Below, piece by piece: positions 12,276 through 24,863 of a DNA stretch of 64,000 nucleotides. The DNA comes from Squalus acanthias (lineage: Eukaryota). A program made the translations under genes and the position numbers. The first letter of the stretch is position 1. Every line of letters begins with the position of its first letter. The notes under the pieces were generated by a model. The model was not told the DNA's origin, ran no database searches, and was given only the letters and a program-made list of their open reading frames with translations. The stretch is from NCBI GenBank assembly GCA_030390025.1, contig CM059438.1, positions 63,552,001 through 63,616,000 on the forward strand, read 5' to 3'.

Positions 12276-13189
12276 AGTCTCTTTGCAAGCAAAGTTATGA
12301 AGGACAGCAACCAAAGTACCAGCGAAGTTAGGATCAGTAGGCAAAACTACCTCACAAAGCGTTGACTCAATGCAGAAGTCTCTCTTTCTCTCTCTCCGAA
12401 TCTCTCTCTCTCTCTCAGAATGAGTGGTGCAAAAATGTCAACCACAGAAAAAGACAGGAAGAGGCCCCCTTTAAATAGCGCCCCCCCCAGCCCCACAGCG
12501 ATTGATAGCGTTCCAGTCTTCCGGTCGTTGGATGCGCCAGGCGGTAAGGCAGGGGGCGCCACTCAATTTCCGCTCTGGGGTGCCACAAGGGCGTTGCACC
12601 ATGGAATGACGTCACAATCTGCGCGCGCAGGTGGTCGCAGCGGTAAAGTTTAGCGCCGCTGCACAATGTCTAGTTAAGTTCCCGAGCGGCGCAAACATCG
12701 CTGCGCCCAGGCGCTAGTGGCTTTGCGCCCCATTAGTGCCCTCTTAAGGCGCTAACGGGAGGCGCAACCAACTGAACTTTTCCCCCATTATCTGGTCATT
12801 ATCACATTGCTGTTTGTGGGACCTTGCTGTGCGCAAATTGGTTGCCGCGTTTCCTACATTACAACGGTGACTACACTTCAGAAGTACTTCATTGGCTGTC
12901 AAGCACTTTGGGATGTTCTGAGCTTGTGAAAGACGCTATATAAATGCATGTCTTCCTTTTTTACGATTTCAAAATCTACGCAGGTAAAAGTCTATTTTGT
13001 ATTAAAACAAATGCCCATGTGTGTGGAAAAGACAGGCTAGGGCAGCATGGCAGATTGACATGGATCTTTGAGTTCCTGCTCTTACTCTGCTGCTGTGGGC
13101 TTGAGCCAGGCAGAGACTAGGCAACGGTCCACAGAGAAATTCAGGAAGGATGGTCACCAGCGCCCGCTGCCACGCCTTTCGCACTTAGA

Positions 13190-13306
13190 AAGAAGAAAGA
13201 CTTGCATTTATATAGCATCTTTCACAACCTCAGGACGTCCCAAAGCACTTGATAGCCAATGAAGCACTTTTGAAGTATAGTCACTGTTGTAATGTAGGGA
13301 AACACC
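13190..13306 (-). mobile_element. Deu-SINE 3' tail fragment
   Basis: Reverse complement of the SINE 3' end. Confidence 0.8.
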
Positions 13307-13310
13307 CCAG

Positions 13311-13465
13311 CTTTTTCTTTCTTTCTTTCCTTCTTTCTTTCCTTCTTTCCTTCTTTCCTTCTTTCTTTCTTTCTTTCTTTCTTTCTTTCCTTCTTTCCTT
13401 CTTTCTTTCCTTCTTTCTTGCTTTCTTTCCTTTCTTCCCTTTCCTTTCCTTTTTCTTTTCTTTCT
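13311..13465. repeat. (TTTC/TTCC)n microsatellite
   Basis: Direct inspection. Confidence 0.95.
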
Positions 13466-13799
13466 TATTCCGTGGGTGCCAGCTGCCCTCCAGCACTCTG
13501 ACCAAGTGGCCTCTCTTCACGTGTGAGCTTGGATGGGGAGTGGCAGGAGGCTATTTAATTGTGCATGGCAGCCATGCTCATACTCTCGAGCATGGGTCCG
13601 TAGATAGCAATTGGGAGGATTTCCCCCATAGTTTTGGGATCCTGAGGCCAATTGTACTGCCCCAGCTGACATCAGTTAACTCAACTCACACCCTGAATCG
13701 AACTGGGACCCACTGGTCTGTATGATGTAATGATACAATTGGGAGAGTCCCAACTTCCAGTTTTAATAAATAAAACAAGAATTAAGGACCGCTGACAAC

Positions 13800-14056
13800 A
13801 GCAACAACTTGTATTTATATAGCGCCTTTAACATAGTAAAACATTCCAAAGCACTTCACAGGAGCGTTATCAACCAAAGTTTGACACCAGGCCTCTAAGG
13901 AGATATTAAGGCCCCTAATGGTGATGCGATGAAAATCAGGGATGCTCAAGAGGCCAGAATTGGAGGAGCACAGATATCTCGGAGGGTTGTGGGACTAGAG
14001 GAGTTTACAGAGTAGGGAGGGGCGAAGCTAAGGAGGGATTTGAAAACAAGGATAAG
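13800..14056 (-). mobile_element. L2-type LINE 3' end
   Basis: GGCGCTATATAAAT...(GTT)n tail on the minus strand, shared with the SINE tails. Confidence 0.65.
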
Positions 14057-15239
14057 ACATTATATTGACAATTATCATCTCCTTTATTACAGATACGATT
14101 ATCTGACACTTCTGATAAATGCAAACTTCAAAGAAAGTGTAGATTGGTTCGATCAACTTCCTTCTTTCCAACTTGACTACGTATTAGCTGTTAAATAAAT
14201 AAAAACCTGACTCTTGGGCCAACCCCAGAATAATTCCTTAGGCTCTCGACCCAGGATATTTGGCAGAAGATGGGGTTTGGATGAACAAACTCTTGAACCC
14301 AATTGATCTCATTGCCCCAGAATACCAACACCATATTCTTCCCATTACAACTTGGAACATGCACCTGAACAGGCACTCGGTATAACATCTCACTCCCCTG
14401 GTACTGCACTAGATGTCGCACTTGCGTCCTGCGAATCCACATTCTGGACCTGGACTTGAGAATGGTGCCCACTGAGCCAGGCGGAGACATGACTTTCATT
14501 ACTAGTTAGCAGCAGATCAGCCCGGGCATTGAACAAGTTACAAAGAACAATTACCAAACACAGCTGACCTTCACTTCTGAAGTTGTTGCTGGAGAAGTGC
14601 CCCTGGGGGGTGAAGCAACATATTAATTGGAAAATGCTGCTAAACGGTGTGCACCTGCAGGCTATGCTGTCTTCAGAGTTGTTTTTTTGTGTGGAGACAA
14701 AGGCAAAGAGCATTGTGCTGTGCAGATACCTAACATTAATACTTGTGTTGAGGCCCTCAGCTACCTCCGCGATCAAATGTTTCCACTGACGATGAGACAC
14801 AAATTGATGAGGAACACTATTGTTTAGACCGACATGTTTGTTGTACAGTGTTTCAAATGTCACTCATTTTTTTCCCCCTCGTCCCTGTTTATATGTTGAT
14901 CCCCTAGAGTTTTATTTCAATGGACTTCTGTTCTTTGTAATCCGGCGCTGTCGTGATTAACTTGGCATGGTTCCAGACTCGAGCGCTGTTAATTCTACCA
15001 AGCTCAGCTACAGCTGCTGAATCCTTTTGTTTTCTCATTACACATTCTTTATGTTCACTTAACTTCATCTTCAGTGAAGCTCTAATTCATATTCACAATG
15101 AACGCTGTCGGCTCCAGATTTGTATGCCGGGCTTGAATGAACAATGTATTGTGTTCGGTTTTTTTTTGTGCTCCTGGAAGTGTAGGATTTCCAGAGCCCA
15201 GTTTTCTCCTTCTCATTGTTCCATCACTAACGCTGCCTT

Positions 15240-15905
15240 CTTTTACTGTCAAAACATCGACTGCTTCTATCTCTTCCACGCTCCTATCTAGACTCCAATC
15301 CATGCTTTTATTACCTCAAGGCTGGACCTCTCTAATGCTCCTCTAGCCAACCTTCTCTACAAATGATAACTCGTCGAGAATGCTGCTGCCCACATCCTTA
15401 TCCACTCGGAGTCCCACACTTCCATCACCACGCTTCTCACAGGCTCCATTGACAACCATTACAATTTTAATTGAAATTCCCTCTAATTAATTAGAGGGAA
15501 GACCAAAGCCATCGTCTTCGGTCCCCACCACAAATTCCGTTCCCTAGCCACCGATCACTCTCCCTGGCCACTGTCTGAGGCTGAACCAGACTTTTCGCAC
15601 CCTATTTGACCTGAGCATCTGACCCCATATCCTCTCTTTTACCAAGACCGCCTAATTGCACCTCCCTAACATCACCCGTCTACACCTTTGCCTCAGCCTA
15701 TCTGCTGCTGAAACCCTCATCCATGCCTTTGTTACCTCTAGACTTGACTATTCCAATGCTCTCCTGGCCGGCCTCCAATCTTCTACCCTCCATAAACTTG
15801 AACTTATCCAAAACTCTGCTGCCCGTATCCTAACTCGCACCAAGTCCCGTTAGCCCATCACCCCTGTGCTCGCTGACCTACATTGGCTCCCAGTCTGGCA
15901 ATCAT
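15240..15905 (+). mobile_element. Two L2-type LINE RT C-terminal fragments
   Basis: ETLIHAFVTSRLDYSNALLAGL...QNSAARILT; an older related fragment at 15240-15480. Confidence 0.8.
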
Positions 15906-16603
15906 CTAGGACAGTGTGCATGACTAGAGGCCTATAAAAATCTTGAGCTTTCCTTAACAATTTGTAGAGAAAGTCAGGATTGAAAGGATCGATGAAGGTT
16001 ACGTCTCTACCCAGGGGAGAAACGGGGTAATTGCATTTATCTCTCTGTCTGTCTACTGCATAGAGACATTGCATGCGTCAAAGACTTGGTAGAACACAAT
16101 AAAAGGATTGCATTGCAAACCATATTTGGTTGTCAGATTTGAACGTTCTTACACTTCTGACACTGATCTGCTCCTGTTTACCATCTTCTATGCTCTATCA
16201 CTGGTGACTACTCTTACAAGCACTGTCCCTCTGCCTTCTGGAACTCCATCCACAAATCACTCCACCTTACCTCCTTCCTTCTTGCTTTCAAGAGACTTCA
16301 CAAAACTATTCCCTTCACTTGCACTTTTAGCCCCTCCTCTAATTCCATCTTATCTGTTCTTCCCTTCCATAAGGTGCCCGTGTTCTTCTCCACACTGTGA
16401 AGCATCTTTCTGACATGAGGAATGTTACATAAATAAGTGTTTCCATGTTGGGGAACAGAATTATTGATATGCCAAGTACAACATCAAGTATTCTTAAATT
16501 CTTTTACTTCTTGTCAGTTTTCTCCTTCCCCTTCTCTGTTGAATGCGATGATTCCACAGTCTGCTATATAGGAACATAGGAATTGCAAGATGAAAAAAGT
16601 CCC

Positions 16604-16950
16604 GCTCCAGAGACTTGAGCACAAAAATCTAGGCTGACACTCCCAGTGCAGTAGTGAGGGAGTGCTGCACTGTCGGAGGTGCTGTCTTTTGGATGAGATG
16701 TTAAACCGAGGCCCCGTCTGCTCTCTCAGGTGGATGTAAAAGATCCCATGGCACTATGTTGAAAAGAGCAGGGGAGTTATCCCCAGTGTCCTGGACCAAT
16801 ATCATTATCACATTGTTGTTTGTGGGAGCTTGCTGTGTTTCCTATATGACAACACTGATTACAGTTCAAAAAGTGCTTCATTGGCTGTAAAGTGCTTTGG
16901 GGCGTCCTGAGGTTGTGAAAGGCGCTATATAAATGCAAGTCTTTTCTTTT
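16604..16950 (+). mobile_element. Deu-domain SINE, 5'-truncated
   Basis: Matches 18384-18784. Confidence 0.85.
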
Positions 16951-17309
16951 TCTCATTTTACCATCCTGGTAGTCACATGATACAATAATAATGGCGTTGT
17001 TAATTAATCATGGCAATGAATCTCTCTCAATCAGTCTACAACAGACCCTGACATGAAGCGAGGAAAACCCCAATGGTGGAGAGCTTTGCGAACCACAGAT
17101 CCAAAGTCACCTGTTCCTCCCAAGTTTGCTACACTTACCACATGTCTCAAATTGCTCATATACTGTGTCCCCAAATTTATATTTTCTGAAAGAAATCTAT
17201 CTAATTTGCATTTGAATGAATCAATGCTAACTTCTTCCACCATTTCCGTAGGGAACCTATTCCATAGATTGACCACTTGCTCACTGAAACATTGGGAGAA
17301 ATTTAAACT

Positions 17310-17843
17310 CCCCTTATCTGAGGAAGGATGTTCTTGCCATGGAAGGAGTTCAGCGAAGATTCACAAGGCTGATACCTGGGATGGCAGGAATGACATATGA
17401 GGAGAGATTGGGTCGATTGGGCTTATACTCGCTGGAGTATAGAAGAATGAGAGGGGATCTCATCGAAACATATAAAATTCTGACAGGTCTGGAAAACTAG
17501 ATGCAGGAAGAATGTTCCCGATGGTCGGAGAGTCCAGAACCAGGGGTCATAATCTAAGGATAAGGGGTAAGCCATTTAGGACAGAAATGAGGAAGAATTT
17601 CTTCACCCAGAGAGTGGTGAACCTGTGGAATTCTCTACCACAGAAGGTAGTTGAGGCCAAGTCATTAAATATATTCAAGAATGAGTTAGATATATTTCTT
17701 AAAGCTAAAGGTATCAAGGGATATGGGGAGAAGGCAGGTACAGGGTACTGAGTTTGGATGATCAGCCATGATCTCATCGAATGGCGGCGCAGGCTCGAGG
17801 GGCCGAATGGCCTACTCCTGCTCCTATCTTCTATGTTTCTATG
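17310..17843 (+). mobile_element. 5'-truncated young CR1
   Basis: Highly similar to 938-1460. Confidence 0.92.
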
Positions 17844-18315
17844 ACAGGCGGGAGAGGGTTGGGGGCGGGGTAAATTTGGTAATAATGTGAAACACGACCC
17901 CAACCTGCTGTTAACGCATCTACTTCCAGTTTAACTGCGGCAGGTTTGGGGGCGTCCGAGTGACCCACACTGAAGAGGCAGGTCCATGATTATAATATTT
18001 AAATGAGACCCCCTTCCTCAGATTTTGGGAGCCATTTGAATTTAATGGCTGCGGGCTGGACTTCCCAGGGATCACGAAACCAGAGTGCTGAAGGGAGGCG
18101 GGAAGTGCCAGATCCAGCAGGTAAGTGTTTTTCCAGCACTGCTTGTGGGCCAGGAGGAGCAGTAATGCTTCCCCCCCGGCCCCTCAAGAGATCCTCTGTC
18201 GCGATCTCTCCCCCCACCGTGACCTCCCTGCTATCCATCCCTGCGATCTCTCCTACACCTGCAATCTCCCCGCGATCTCTCCCCACGATCTCTCCTTCCC
18301 CCGCGATCTCTCTCA

Positions 18316-18784
18316 GTGTCAGCTGTGGCTCAGTGGGTAGCACACTCGCCTCTGAGTCAGAATGTTGTGGGTTCAAGGTCCCACTCCAGGGACTTGAGCA
18401 CATAAAACGAGGCTGACACTCCAGTGCAGTGCTGAGGGAGCGCTGCACTGTTGGAGGTGTTGTCCTTCAGATGGGACGTTAAACCGAGGCCCCGTCTGCT
18501 CTCTCAGGTGGACGTAAAAGTTCCCATGGCACTATTTCGAAGAAGAGTAGGGGAGTTATCCCTGGTGTCCTGGCCAATATTTATCCCTCAATCAACATAA
18601 CAAAAACAGTTTATCTGGTCATTATCACATTGCTGTTTGTGGGAGCTTGCTGAGTGGCAATTGGCTGCCGCGTTTCCCACATTACAACAGTGACTACACT
18701 CAAAAGTACTTCATTGGCTGTAAAGGTGCTTTGAGACGTCCGGTGGTCGTGAAAGGTGCAATAGAAATGTAAGTCTTTCTTTCT
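18316..18784 (+). mobile_element. Full-length tRNA-derived Deu-domain SINE (SacSINE1-like)
   Basis: A box TGGCTCAGTGG, B box GGTTCAAGGTCC, Deu-like core (TAAACCGAGGCCCCGTCTG...CCCATGGCACT), (CTTT)n tail. Confidence 0.88.
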
Positions 18785-21027
18785 CGCTACCCCTGTGATC
18801 TCTCCCTCCCCGCGATTTCTCCACCCACCCCGCTGCAGCTGCACTCCAAGCTACCCCAATGACTCCTCAATCTTCTCGGATTGCCGGGGACAATCCCTGG
18901 CTGCAGCCTTCTACCGCTGACTTTCCCACCCGGCAGCTGGCCAGCCTGTCAATGTAGCCTGCTGTCGGGCGGAAAACGGAGTAAAAAAAATGCTAATGAG
19001 GTCCTGTCGTTCAGGACCTCCATGTTCCCAGCACTTCCGCGCATTTCCGGCCACAAACATGCCCCCCCCCCCCGCTCCCTGTTTGTAAATATCGGGGCCA
19101 ATGTTTCCACAGATTGGATTTGAATTTACCCCCCTTCAATCGCGGGCCGTGTCCTCTGGTTCTACTGTTCTGGACAAGGTGAAACCGCTCGTCATGGTCC
19201 ACATTATCTAGTTCCTTTAGAATCCTAAAAACAGCAATCTGATCACCTCTCAACCATCTCTATCCAGTGAGAACATGCCCAATTTACATAATCGCTCCTC
19301 CTAATCCAATCCCTCCATTCCCTCAATCATTCTGGTTGCTCTCTTCTGTATCCATTCAATGTCTTGCTATCTGGCTGCTGTACATGTGGGCAGTCTATTC
19401 TATGAGTGGGGGGAGAGGCAGTGGCATAACAAGCAAGTCCGGTAGTTCCACACTGGATGTCCACACACACACACACAGACACACACACAAACTTCCAGCA
19501 AGTGTTACTGGAAAGCGATGAGGACTGGGAGCCCTGGCTGATTTTACCCTCCCTGACCCAAGATGCTGTGAGGTCAACTGTAGCTACAGTCTTGCTTAAA
19601 ATCAACTACTTCCCACATTACAACAGTGACTACACTCCAAAAGTACTTCATTGGCTGTAAAGTGCTTTGAAACGTCCGGTGGTCGTGAAAGGTGCTATAG
19701 AAATGTAAGTCTTTCTTTCTTTCACTGATTGGGGATCAAGTATGCGAACTTGTGTTTTTTTTATGACTCAGCTATACTAAACGATCTTAATACAGGGACA
19801 GGGTACTAAATTTGGATGATCAGCCATGATCTCATTAAATGGCGGAGCAGGCTCGAGGGGCCGAATGGCCTACTCCTGCTCCTATCTTCTATGCAGTTCT
19901 AGCACAAGCTATATCGAGAGCATTCAAACTGTGCCAATAATGTGCCTTCACTCCACTCCGAAGAGTAGTTCCAACTGCACCAGTCTTAGTGTTCCATTCC
20001 CACCTAGCTATCTAAGTAGCTTCTGAATGAGTACCAAGTGAGTGCCAATTCTCTGCGCTGTTATCTACTAATCGCTGTAGCGTGAAATCTTCAGAAGTGT
20101 GCAGTGTTCAGAAACCTTGACACGTTAGCTGCAGAGACTTTTATATGGTAGTAGGTAGGAGATAATTAAGGTAGGCGCTAAATGATTAAGGCATTGGTTG
20201 TAGCATCTGTTGTGTTAACTATACAGCATTACCATCCATTCAGCATGACCAAGGTCAACAGTAATAAACATTGTCATTAAGTTCTCTTTAAGCTGCTTTT
20301 ATATTGGGCTTCTTTTAATTTGGATTCTGGGTGTCCAGATAGGTTACAGGAAATGGCATGAACACCAGGAGCTGGCCACCTGAAATTCAAATTAAAAGAA
20401 CAACACTATAAAACCAGCAAAGTCCTTCAAGGAGGTCCAAAAAAACTAACCGCATTACACCAGGGTGTCAGCCTTGGCTCAGTGGGTAGCACTCTCACCT
20501 TTGAGTCAGAAGTTTGTAGATTCAATTCCCACTCCAGGATCTGAGCACATAATCTCGGCTGACACTCCTGTCTTTTGGGTGAGACGTTAAACTGAGCTCC
20601 GGCCTAACCTCTCAGGTGGACGTCAAAGATCCCTTGGCATAATTCAAAAAAGAACTGGGGAATTCTCCTGCGGCTAGAAATTCATTATAGCCCAGGAATG
20701 GGCGGCATAATTAGAAAAGTTGGAGAATTAGCGTCAGGTGCTAATGCTTTAGACTGCACGCAAAATTCATTCTCACTGCTCAAAGAAATGATTGGAGTGC
20801 TAATTCAAATCTTTTAGCCCAAGCTCATTGGCGTTACACTCAAAGGATGGACCAATATCAGGTGCGGTCTAATCGCAAGTCATGATTGCCACAGGCTTTT
20901 TCCAGTTCTTAAAGGGGAGCTTCATTGATGCTACAGAACCTCATTCTCAGCATTGCTGGCTGTGCAGCTGCCTTAGCAAGCAGCAGAAGGTCGAGGAGAA
21001 GGAGCTGGAACTGAAGCAACTGTACTC

Positions 21028-22322
21028 ATGGCAGATCCACGCCCCAGGGAGAGAGCCCGCAGATTCTGCGATCAAGCATTGGAGGCATTGATGTTCACTG
21101 TGGAGAGATGGAGGGCGGTGCTCTACCTGAAAAGTGGCAGAAGACCCTCACCGCAAGTCGTCTGCACCATGTGGAGGGATGTAGCGCAGCACGTCTCGGG
21201 CAGCACTGTGGCCCCCAGGAACCACACACAGTGCAGGAAGAAATTTAATGACCTCACTTGGGTGGTCAGGGTGAGTGAATGCTTCAACAAATGCTACGTA
21301 CCACCATCTGAACTACAGTCTTCACACACTGCCCAAAGCACCACACCCTCAGCACTCACCCATCAACAATCTCTACCTACCAACACTCACACCCACATCT
21401 CATACCTTGCATTCAATGACAGCTATTCAATTATGGCAGGCACATCACCCAAACACATTAATCCACACTCACTCACACACTTTCCTTTCTCTTGCAGGCC
21501 AAGGTAGCTTATAACAGGAGGGAGCAGGAGCGCACAGGTGGGGGGCAAACCGATACCTAACCACTGTCTGTGCTGGAGAATAGAATGCTGCAGATTATTG
21601 GACGCCAGGTGGTGGGCGCCGTGGGCACCATGGCCACTGGCGACATTGATCCCTTGGGGACAACAACGATATGCTCATCCCTACTCCTTCTTCTCACATC
21701 CCACTTCTCCCTCACCCCACAAGCGTTTCGCACCTTCCAGCTAATCATGCTGTATGCATGCATTTCTCCATTCCTGTCCCCCTCCCCTCACCTTAACTCA
21801 CTCTGTGCCTTTATGCTTTCAGGTAATGAGCAAGCACCTGAGTAGCCTATCCCTGTGACCACTGTAGAGAGTGAGGCGGGAGAAGAGGAGGAGGAAGAAC
21901 ACACCCCGTCTCTGCATGTCTCACCCACAGGCACCAGCTCAGATACTGGCACTACGCGTTCTTTAGAAGCTAGCATAGTAGCGGGATCTGCACAGAGTGA
22001 GGCACCGGGGATGAGTGGGCTGCAGCAAGGCCAGGGGGAAAGGGTAGCTCAGGGGCCAGCTCCATTGCCCTTATTGCTGCCTGTCATCCAGCCAGCCTAG
22101 ACTGCTGCCGCCCATATTGAGGTGCTGCAATCTACAGCCGGGCCTTCCAGGCCCAGAGCTGGTTGAGGGTGGCCTGCAAGGCCATCTGAAGTCTCCCGCA
22201 CGGACACTCAGCAGCCTTCCACCAGCCCTGCTGCAGCCACTGGGCCGACACTTCTTAGGAGCACTAGAGTAGGCAAAGGCACAGTAACGAGAGGCACTAA
22301 GGGACTGCACAAGGGTGAATAG
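21028..22322 (+). pseudogene. Myb/SANT-like gene of A2, disrupted
   Basis: Exon 1 (21028-21270) intact; frameshift in exon 2; stop and large internal deletion in exon 3 compared with A1. Confidence 0.85.
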
Positions 22323-23092
22323 TTAATGGCCCAAAAATTCATCCTGGTGCGCGAGAGTACGCACTGCGTACACTCGCGTATTCCCTCTGCAATTGCCGGT
22401 TTTCTGCATGCACTGCGCATGCGCTGAAAACCGGCACTTCATGTCTGGTCAGTTTCATGGATATGCGAGTAATCGCGTGGGCTGGTGATTCTGCGCGTGC
22501 GTCGGAAAATTCATGTATTTTGTGAATGAGAGTAGTGTGTGTAAGCTCCTAGCAGTTACACATTTTAAAACCAGGAGCAGCAGCCATTTATACATTTACC
22601 GAGATAGTAGGAGGAAGAAATCCTTTTGGAGTGTGGCTACTGAGGTGAGTTTTTTAAATCTGAAAGACACAAAAGTTTTAAATGAAGTCTTATATAAGTT
22701 AAGAGTTTTAAAAAAAATATTTTAAAAACGGGTTTTGACCATTTGGAGTAGTATAGCAACTGTGGGTGTGTACAAGGCATATTTAGGTATCTATCTGTGA
22801 AAATGAAAGTTTAAAAATGAACTGTTTACGTTTCAAAAAGTTTTAAAGATGAAAATGAGTAAGTAAGTAAGTATGTATGTATGTATGTATGAATTTATGA
22901 AAATGTTACAGTTTTGGAAAATCAGCTAGGGCCGTGTGGCGGGTAGATGTGTTCCCAAGCTGATAGCGCACGTGTCCCACCATAGCCTGACCTGATTTTA
23001 TAGCCACTCACTTAACTAAAGTTACTTTAACAACTATTTCCATTTTTTCATTACAACTTTCAGTTTGAGGAGGAAGCCTGTGTGAGAGAAAG

Positions 23093-24244
23093 ATGCCCTT
23101 TTGCAATCGATTCCTCTTCCTCCTCTGTGCGATTGCGTATCTGAGAATTTTCGAATACAGACAACTGATCAGACGGAGGAACCAAGCCCGTCTCCTCCAG
23201 AGAAGGAGAAACTACTACCCACCAAATAGAGTGTACAGGCAGAGGCTGTCATTTGAGATGCTGTCGGAGGAGCTGTGTGTGAGGAGGCTGCGCTTCAGTA
23301 AAGAGTCAATTGGCCGAATCTGTGAGATGTTAAAGGAGGACCTTCAAACACGCACGAAGAACCGCAATGCATTGTCACTGAGCATGAAGGTAACCACAGC
23401 ACTGAACTTCTTTGCAAGTGGGACTTTTCAGGCAAGCACCGGTGACATTTGCAACATATCCAAGAATGCTGCGAGGGCCTGCATTCACCAGGTCACAGAA
23501 GCCATTTTCCGTAGGGCTTCTGAGTTCATTAAGTATGACTTGTCTGCTCGCCATCAAAAGGAGATGGCGCTTGCATTTCATAACATTGCTGGATTCCCCA
23601 AAGTGATTGGGGCTGTCGATGGAACCCATGTTGCATTGAAGGCACCAGGGGTTGCACCTGTGACATTTATCAACAGGAAGGGGTTTCATTCACTGAATGT
23701 CCAGATTGTCTGTGATGCGCATCTCAGGATCTTAAATGTGAATGCAGGTAACCGTGGAAGTAATCATGACTCCTTCGTCCTCCGTAACTCTGACTTATAT
23801 GGCGTCCTCAACGCATTGCCTCCAGGATCCGCATGGATATTGGGCGACAAGGGCTACCCGCTAAGACCATGGCTGATGACTCCCTACCGCAAGACCAATA
23901 ATGAGGCTCAGGAGAGATACAACCAGGCACACGTGTCCACACGGCAAGTGGTGGAGAGGACAATTGGAGTTCTGAAATCACGCTTCCGGTGCCTGGACAG
24001 GTCAGGGGGGACCTTGCAGTATTCTCCTCAGAAAGTGGCAAAGATTGTGGTGGCCTGTTGTGCTTTGCATAACTTTGCCCTGCAGGAAGGACTGACCCTT
24101 AACGCTGCAGATGAACTACCTGCAGAAATGGAGGACGTGGACAATGCCAATGTGCCTGTGGGAAGGCATGATGGGGAAGAGCCAACTGCTGCTCAAAGTA
24201 AGGCTGCTCGGGAGCAGCTGGTAGCCAACACCTTCACGAGGTAG
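23093..24244 (+). CDS. Harbinger DDE transposase, 383 aa
   Basis: [40 protein letters not shown]; uninterrupted; probable 5'UTR intron ~22644-23063. Confidence 0.95.
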   Translation: MPFCNRFLFLLCAIAYLRIFEYRQLIRRRNQARLLQRRRNYYPPNRVYRQRLSFEMLSEELCVRRLRFSKESIGRICEMLKEDLQTRTKNRNALSLSMKVTTALNFFASGTFQASTGDICNISKNAARACIHQVTEAIFRRASEFIKYDLSARHQKEMALAFHNIAGFPKVIGAVDGTHVALKAPGVAPVTFINRKGFHSLNVQIVCDAHLRILNVNAGNRGSNHDSFVLRNSDLYGVLNALPPGSAWILGDKGYPLRPWLMTPYRKTNNEAQERYNQAHVSTRQVVERTIGVLKSRFRCLDRSGGTLQYSPQKVAKIVVACCALHNFALQEGLTLNAADELPAEMEDVDNANVPVGRHDGEEPTAAQSKAAREQLVANTFTR

Positions 24245-24258
24245 TGTCGCCTTGTACC

Positions 24259-24360
24259 TCCCGCTCCCCCTCCCCCTCCCCCTCCCCCTCCCCTCTCCCC
24301 CTCCCTCTCCCCCTCCCTCTCCCCCTCCCTCTCCCTCTCCCCCTCCCCCTCCCTCTCCAC
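24259..24360. repeat. (CCCCCT/CTCC)n pyrimidine tract
   Basis: Direct inspection. Confidence 0.9.
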
Positions 24361-24863
24361 CAGCAAGGCAAATAAAGGTACAGACACAATTTAAAGTGAA
24401 ACAGTGCTCTTTTATTGCAGCATTACAGACTTCTGAGGTTCATTGTTGCTTTACATAGTTTATAACTTTTCAATGTTAACTAGCTACTTTTCAACTTTGT
24501 AAACAATCGTAAACAGAAATAGGTTTTTCAAAAATTTGTTAACAGTTCTCAGTAACTTCTTTGCTTCGTTAATGCAGTAAAGACATTCAAGATGGGAAAT
24601 AACTCTTTCCTAAATGTAAACAAGTTTAAATGTTCAATTTTTCTGTGAAAATAAACAATTTGAATTTTTATAAAGTGACTAAAGGCTGTACTTTTTCAAT
24701 GAAAAGCTAACTTTCAGTTTCAGTGTCAAATATATATATAAATAAAGAAAAATGTAAACATGTAAGTTTTAAATAAAACTAAAAATTAAACACTTGAAAA
24801 ATTTAACCACAAATAAACTATTCCTGAGGGTCAATGGATGTGCATTGTGGAACATGCAACACC

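Larger units (their letters stand above)
7877..12786. mobile_element. Harbinger family B copy B1, full length, both genes open
   Basis: Short TIRs GGGGGAAAAATT / AACTTTTCCCCC; flanks ACT and ATT; convergent Myb-like and transposase genes; near-identical inverted copy at 36114-40328. Confidence 0.95.
7598..12960 (+). mobile_element. Deu-domain SINE split by Harbinger B1 (7598-7876 plus 12787-12960)
   Basis: The two halves join into the sequence seen intact at 18316-18784. Confidence 0.88.
17294..19099. mobile_element. Harbinger-type MITE carrying a nested CR1 and a SINE
   Basis: Interrupts the CR1; ends GGGAGAAATTT / AAATATCGGGGCC; flanks ATT and AAT; GGCGGG motifs; left end imperfect. Confidence 0.65.
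16960..19390 (-). mobile_element. Older CR1 3' region split by a MITE (16960-17293 plus 19100-19390)
   Basis: SRTRGHGPRLKGGKFK on one side continues as VVNLWNRFP on the other. Confidence 0.8.

Noticed and set aside
11115..12344. Host gene HARBI1
   Set aside because: Multi-copy, bounded by TIRs and paired with a Myb-like gene, so a transposon rather than the domesticated gene
13249..13725. Membrane-like or lysine-rich ORFs
   Set aside because: Translation of the microsatellite
18316..18390. tRNA genes at SINE heads
   Set aside because: They continue into SINE bodies and lack a complete cloverleaf
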